This document shows positions 60,518-64,000 of a stretch of DNA of 64,000 nt, piece by piece (position 1 is the first letter of the stretch; the number at the start of each line of letters is the position of its first letter). The translations under genes and the position numbers were made by a program. The notes beneath the pieces were generated by a model. That model did no database searches. It had not been told where the DNA came from and was given only the letters and a program-made list of their open reading frames with translations. Origin of the DNA: Yuukianura sp. NJ FZ-2021 (taxonomy: Eukaryota); NCBI GenBank assembly GCA_046563655.1, contig CM102285.1:6448001-6512000 (forward strand), in the 5' to 3' direction.

Positions 60518-63500
60518 TGAAATGCCCTGTGATTGGAACTGCTGTCTGACATTTTCACCTTTGAGCAAATTGCTGGGCCACATAACTTATCTAACACTTT
60601 CCAAAGAATTGCCTATACTACCTGAATTTCACAAACTGCAGCAAAATCAGTAAATCGTGTTTAAAAGTGTTAAACGTGGTCGGTGTTCAAATGTGAGATT
60701 TGTAGCCGTTTCCGTCATGTTTCCCACATGAAACACACGGATGGCCACATAGACATCTCGAATCCAAGGCTGAGGCTTTTGTTACTAGTAGCTATTTGTT
60801 GTTCGTCTTTCAATTGATATTTTAAACACCAATGGCAAACCCAATTTGTGATTGAAATGTAGTTTTTTTTTTGTACACTGAATAAATTACATTATGGCAA
60901 GTTATCTATTACCGATGATTGATTTGATCAGCTATGGTTACGCTCCAGCGTATTCCGAAAAGAAGATTATTACTTATCTTTTACTTTTTGTAGTAAACAT
61001 GTTCAATACTGGGGTGAAACTTCCATGCTGTCAAAAAACGAAAGATTCAATTCATATTGCAAAGCATGGCCCAAAGTCTCGATTGACTGGGTGGTTTTTT
61101 TATTGTTGATGAACGAAGTGAGCTTTAGCCTCCACGTGGCATCGAGATTTGTTTTACTAATTATATCTATCTATTAGTAGTTATTATTACGCTGTAAAGG
61201 ACGTCTATTAACACCAATATGCTTAAGTCACGCAGTGTTTGGAAACATTAGGAGCATGCATCCTGTTTTTTATTATTCGGTTCTCGGTTTGTGATATGTG
61301 AATTGTGATAAAAAAACACGCGCTTTCACTTCTGCGGTGTAGACAACCCAGAACTACCACACTGGAGAATCTAAAAGCACAAAATAAACTTGATGTTTTA
61401 GTATTTTAATGTGCTAAGACCAAGACCAAAGACTTCAAACTCAAGGTCACCCACACACGTGTAGCAGAGAGGAGAGACAGGGGCCATTTAGCAAACTGTC
61501 TAAAAGTCGTCATACTAAACACATCAGTCAATTACTACTTTGCATGCCAAGTATGGTGGTGCGGTATGAGAATTCCTGTGGTTCGTGGTTTCTACGTACT
61601 TGAGAGTTGACGCATCGGTTATGTGCTTTAAGTACATATAAACTTCTTCACATTACATTACATCGCGTAGAAGCGTGATACGGATTAATCTCGTCCCACA
61701 CAGTATTACAGCTGGCGAATAGTTCATACACTTATTTAGATACGCGATTGGTAAACAAACCTATAAATCTTCAACCTTGACCAAACACACTCTAACGTTT
61801 ATTTGACATCGGGGAGCCAAATGAGCTCACGCGACACTGATACTCCTGAAAAGTCTTTAGATATTTTTCGGGTTTGATGTAAACTTTTGCTGAGTCCAGT
61901 GTTCGGAAACTTTCGTTTTCTACGTTAATTTTGTCCTTTAAATTGCAGGTTAAACGGCCTTTGAGACGTGTCAATGTGAAAAGCCAAGCTTGTTTAACTC
62001 GAATTTCTTATTAAGACGTTATACTATAATTCCCCTTGTCACAATTTCAAACTTTTCGAACAGCACATCTGGCTCCGTTGCGTTAGCAATTTGAATTCAA
62101 AACTATGACTCCGCAACGTGAAAATTAAAAAATCTTAAAAGATTAATGTGAAAATCAACAAAATTGCTACAAAATTACTACGAAAGTTGTTTTTTCATGT
62201 TTTTTAAAAAAATCGGAGTTATGACATAACCTCTTAGAGCATTTGTATAAATGGACGCTATAGCAACCTTGGTCCAAGCCATACTGCAACTCGAGGGGTG
62301 TTTTTCATTGTTAAAAGTAGTTTTCTAAAGCTTCCGCTGTTCTTTTTTAGTGTAAGCCTAATTTATCAAGAAAACTTACTACTCTATCTTTTAATCTGAT
62401 AAAGCTGATTTTGCGAAAAAGTGCAGAATCAAAAACAAATCTATCATGGTTTCGAAAATTAAAAAAAATCGTGGAAATGGCACTGATTTCACACGTGAGA
62501 CTATACCCGTATCGTGCCATTTAAGTTTTGATTATCTAACTAAAATAACTTATTTCCAATGTTCTGAATTACTTAAAATTGAGGTTTTTGTTCATGTTTA
62601 AACGTGTGGAATAAATTAAGTATAAGGAGGTGGTTAAACACCATTTCCAGTATCGTTTAAAAACTTGGAAATTTCGAAAACCATACCGGAGATTCGTTGT
62701 TGAATTTGCAACTTTTTGCAAAACCAACACTCCGTCGGACTCCAGCAGATTAAAAACAGGGCAGTAGGCGGACGACTTTGTTGTTGATGCGACAATTAAC
62801 GCTATGTATGAGAGCAACAATCAAGACGCTGAAAACGTCAAAATTTTTCGTACATAGTCAGTCTTGTGCTTTCAAAGTGAAACGTTTCACTCTGAAAAAA
62901 CTTTGAACAAATTACTTCTACTTTTAGAGTCGTTTTCTTGGTTGTTTTGTTAAGATTTTTTACTTTTAAACACATTATGTCTAAAGCGAGGGCTTATAAA
63001 CACGTCAGAGAAGGAAATCGTTCAGTTCCACACGTCCGCTTGTGAGAGGCAAAAAAATCGAAGTGTCCAAAACAGGACCCGCGCCCCAGTGTTGTCTGAA
63101 GTCTGATACGTGAGTATAAGCATGCGTGAGTCTAAATGCGTTGTTTGTGAATTTGGTGTTTATCATCCCTTTTAACTTTTTAGAGGTTGTTTGTTGGTGT
63201 CTGCCTTTTCATGAACAACACTGTCATAATTTGCATGTTACGTTTTTTCAGATCTTCAAAGAAAGCCAGGATTATCAACTCCAAACTTGTTGTGCCTTAG
63301 TTACGATTACCGCTACTTAAAATGTTCGCTGTTGAAAGCATGGGAATCCCTTTCCTGCATAACTGAAGTCAAAGGGCACCTGTTGGCCTAGACTTTTGAC
63401 ATTCATGGGATGTACTCAGTACCCAGGCAAGATTCCAAAGCAGAATTTTTTTTTCACGGCAATTTATAGCTTGCCGCTTTTTAGAACGTGCTTTTAAAAT

Positions 63501-64000
63501 TCGATAACCATTCCAAAAGTTTTATAGACCGTTAACAAAAGACTGATCAATTTTTCAAACTTGTTGTATACAAACATACTAAAGAAAGAGGTTTTGAACT
63601 ATAGTTCTCCGATACGCGTCGCAAATTGCGCAATGAACCAATTCAATGGACTCAAGCAACAAAAACAAAAAGTGCCTTCTAGAGGAGACAATCGTATAAC
63701 TACTTTGCTTACGTGACACGGTTCAGATAGTTCTACTATTTGGAAAATTGAACGGTATAATTGGGAACCCTATCTCTAAAAAATACCTCGAAAAACATCT
63801 ACTAATTACAATAAACCGGTTGCGAACCGCACCTAATAAAAATAGATCATGCTCTGCTGATGCGGCGGGTGGAGTGGGGCGGGTAAAGTAAAAAATGACT
63901 GGACTTTTGACCCCGCAGGAGTCTACTCAACTTCATGTGGTGTTCACGAGTTGTCTCGATGAGACTAACAACTTTTGTATAGGTCATTTCTGATGTTACT

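Noticed and set aside
60600..64000. Short ORFs and possible exons (e.g. 61792-61974, 63252-63391)
   Set aside because: No recognisable homology and no consistent exon chain could be built by eye.

Overview
Eukaryotic, probably invertebrate, genomic DNA: spliced genes with GT-AG introns, many MITEs and satellite DNA. The left ~20 kb holds three host genes. These are a multi-exon FAD synthase (FLAD1, minus strand, last exon not located), a TRMT5/Trm5 tRNA m1G37 methyltransferase in one uninterrupted ORF (minus strand) and a five-exon MARVEL/CMTM-like four-transmembrane gene (plus strand, 366 aa as reconstructed). Introns and intergenic DNA contain nested non-autonomous elements: a pogo-like remnant, foldback, hAT-like and IS3EU-like MITEs, Helentron-type elements, a tRNA-derived SINE, and 144-bp and 258-bp tandem arrays. 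From ~26.1 to 57.7 kb lies a satellite of three monomers (142, 117 and 132 bp) that share a palindromic core and form multi-kb higher-order repeats, including an exact 4,680-bp period. A young Ty3/gypsy element (27120-33044) is inserted into that core, with 363/364-bp LTRs and a GAAT target-site duplication. It keeps gag and an in-phase UUUAAAC slippery site, has lost RT and the integrase catalytic core, and carries a decayed extra 3' ORF. The many repeated short ORFs between 33 and 57 kb are satellite artefacts. All calls were made by eye, with no database searches.
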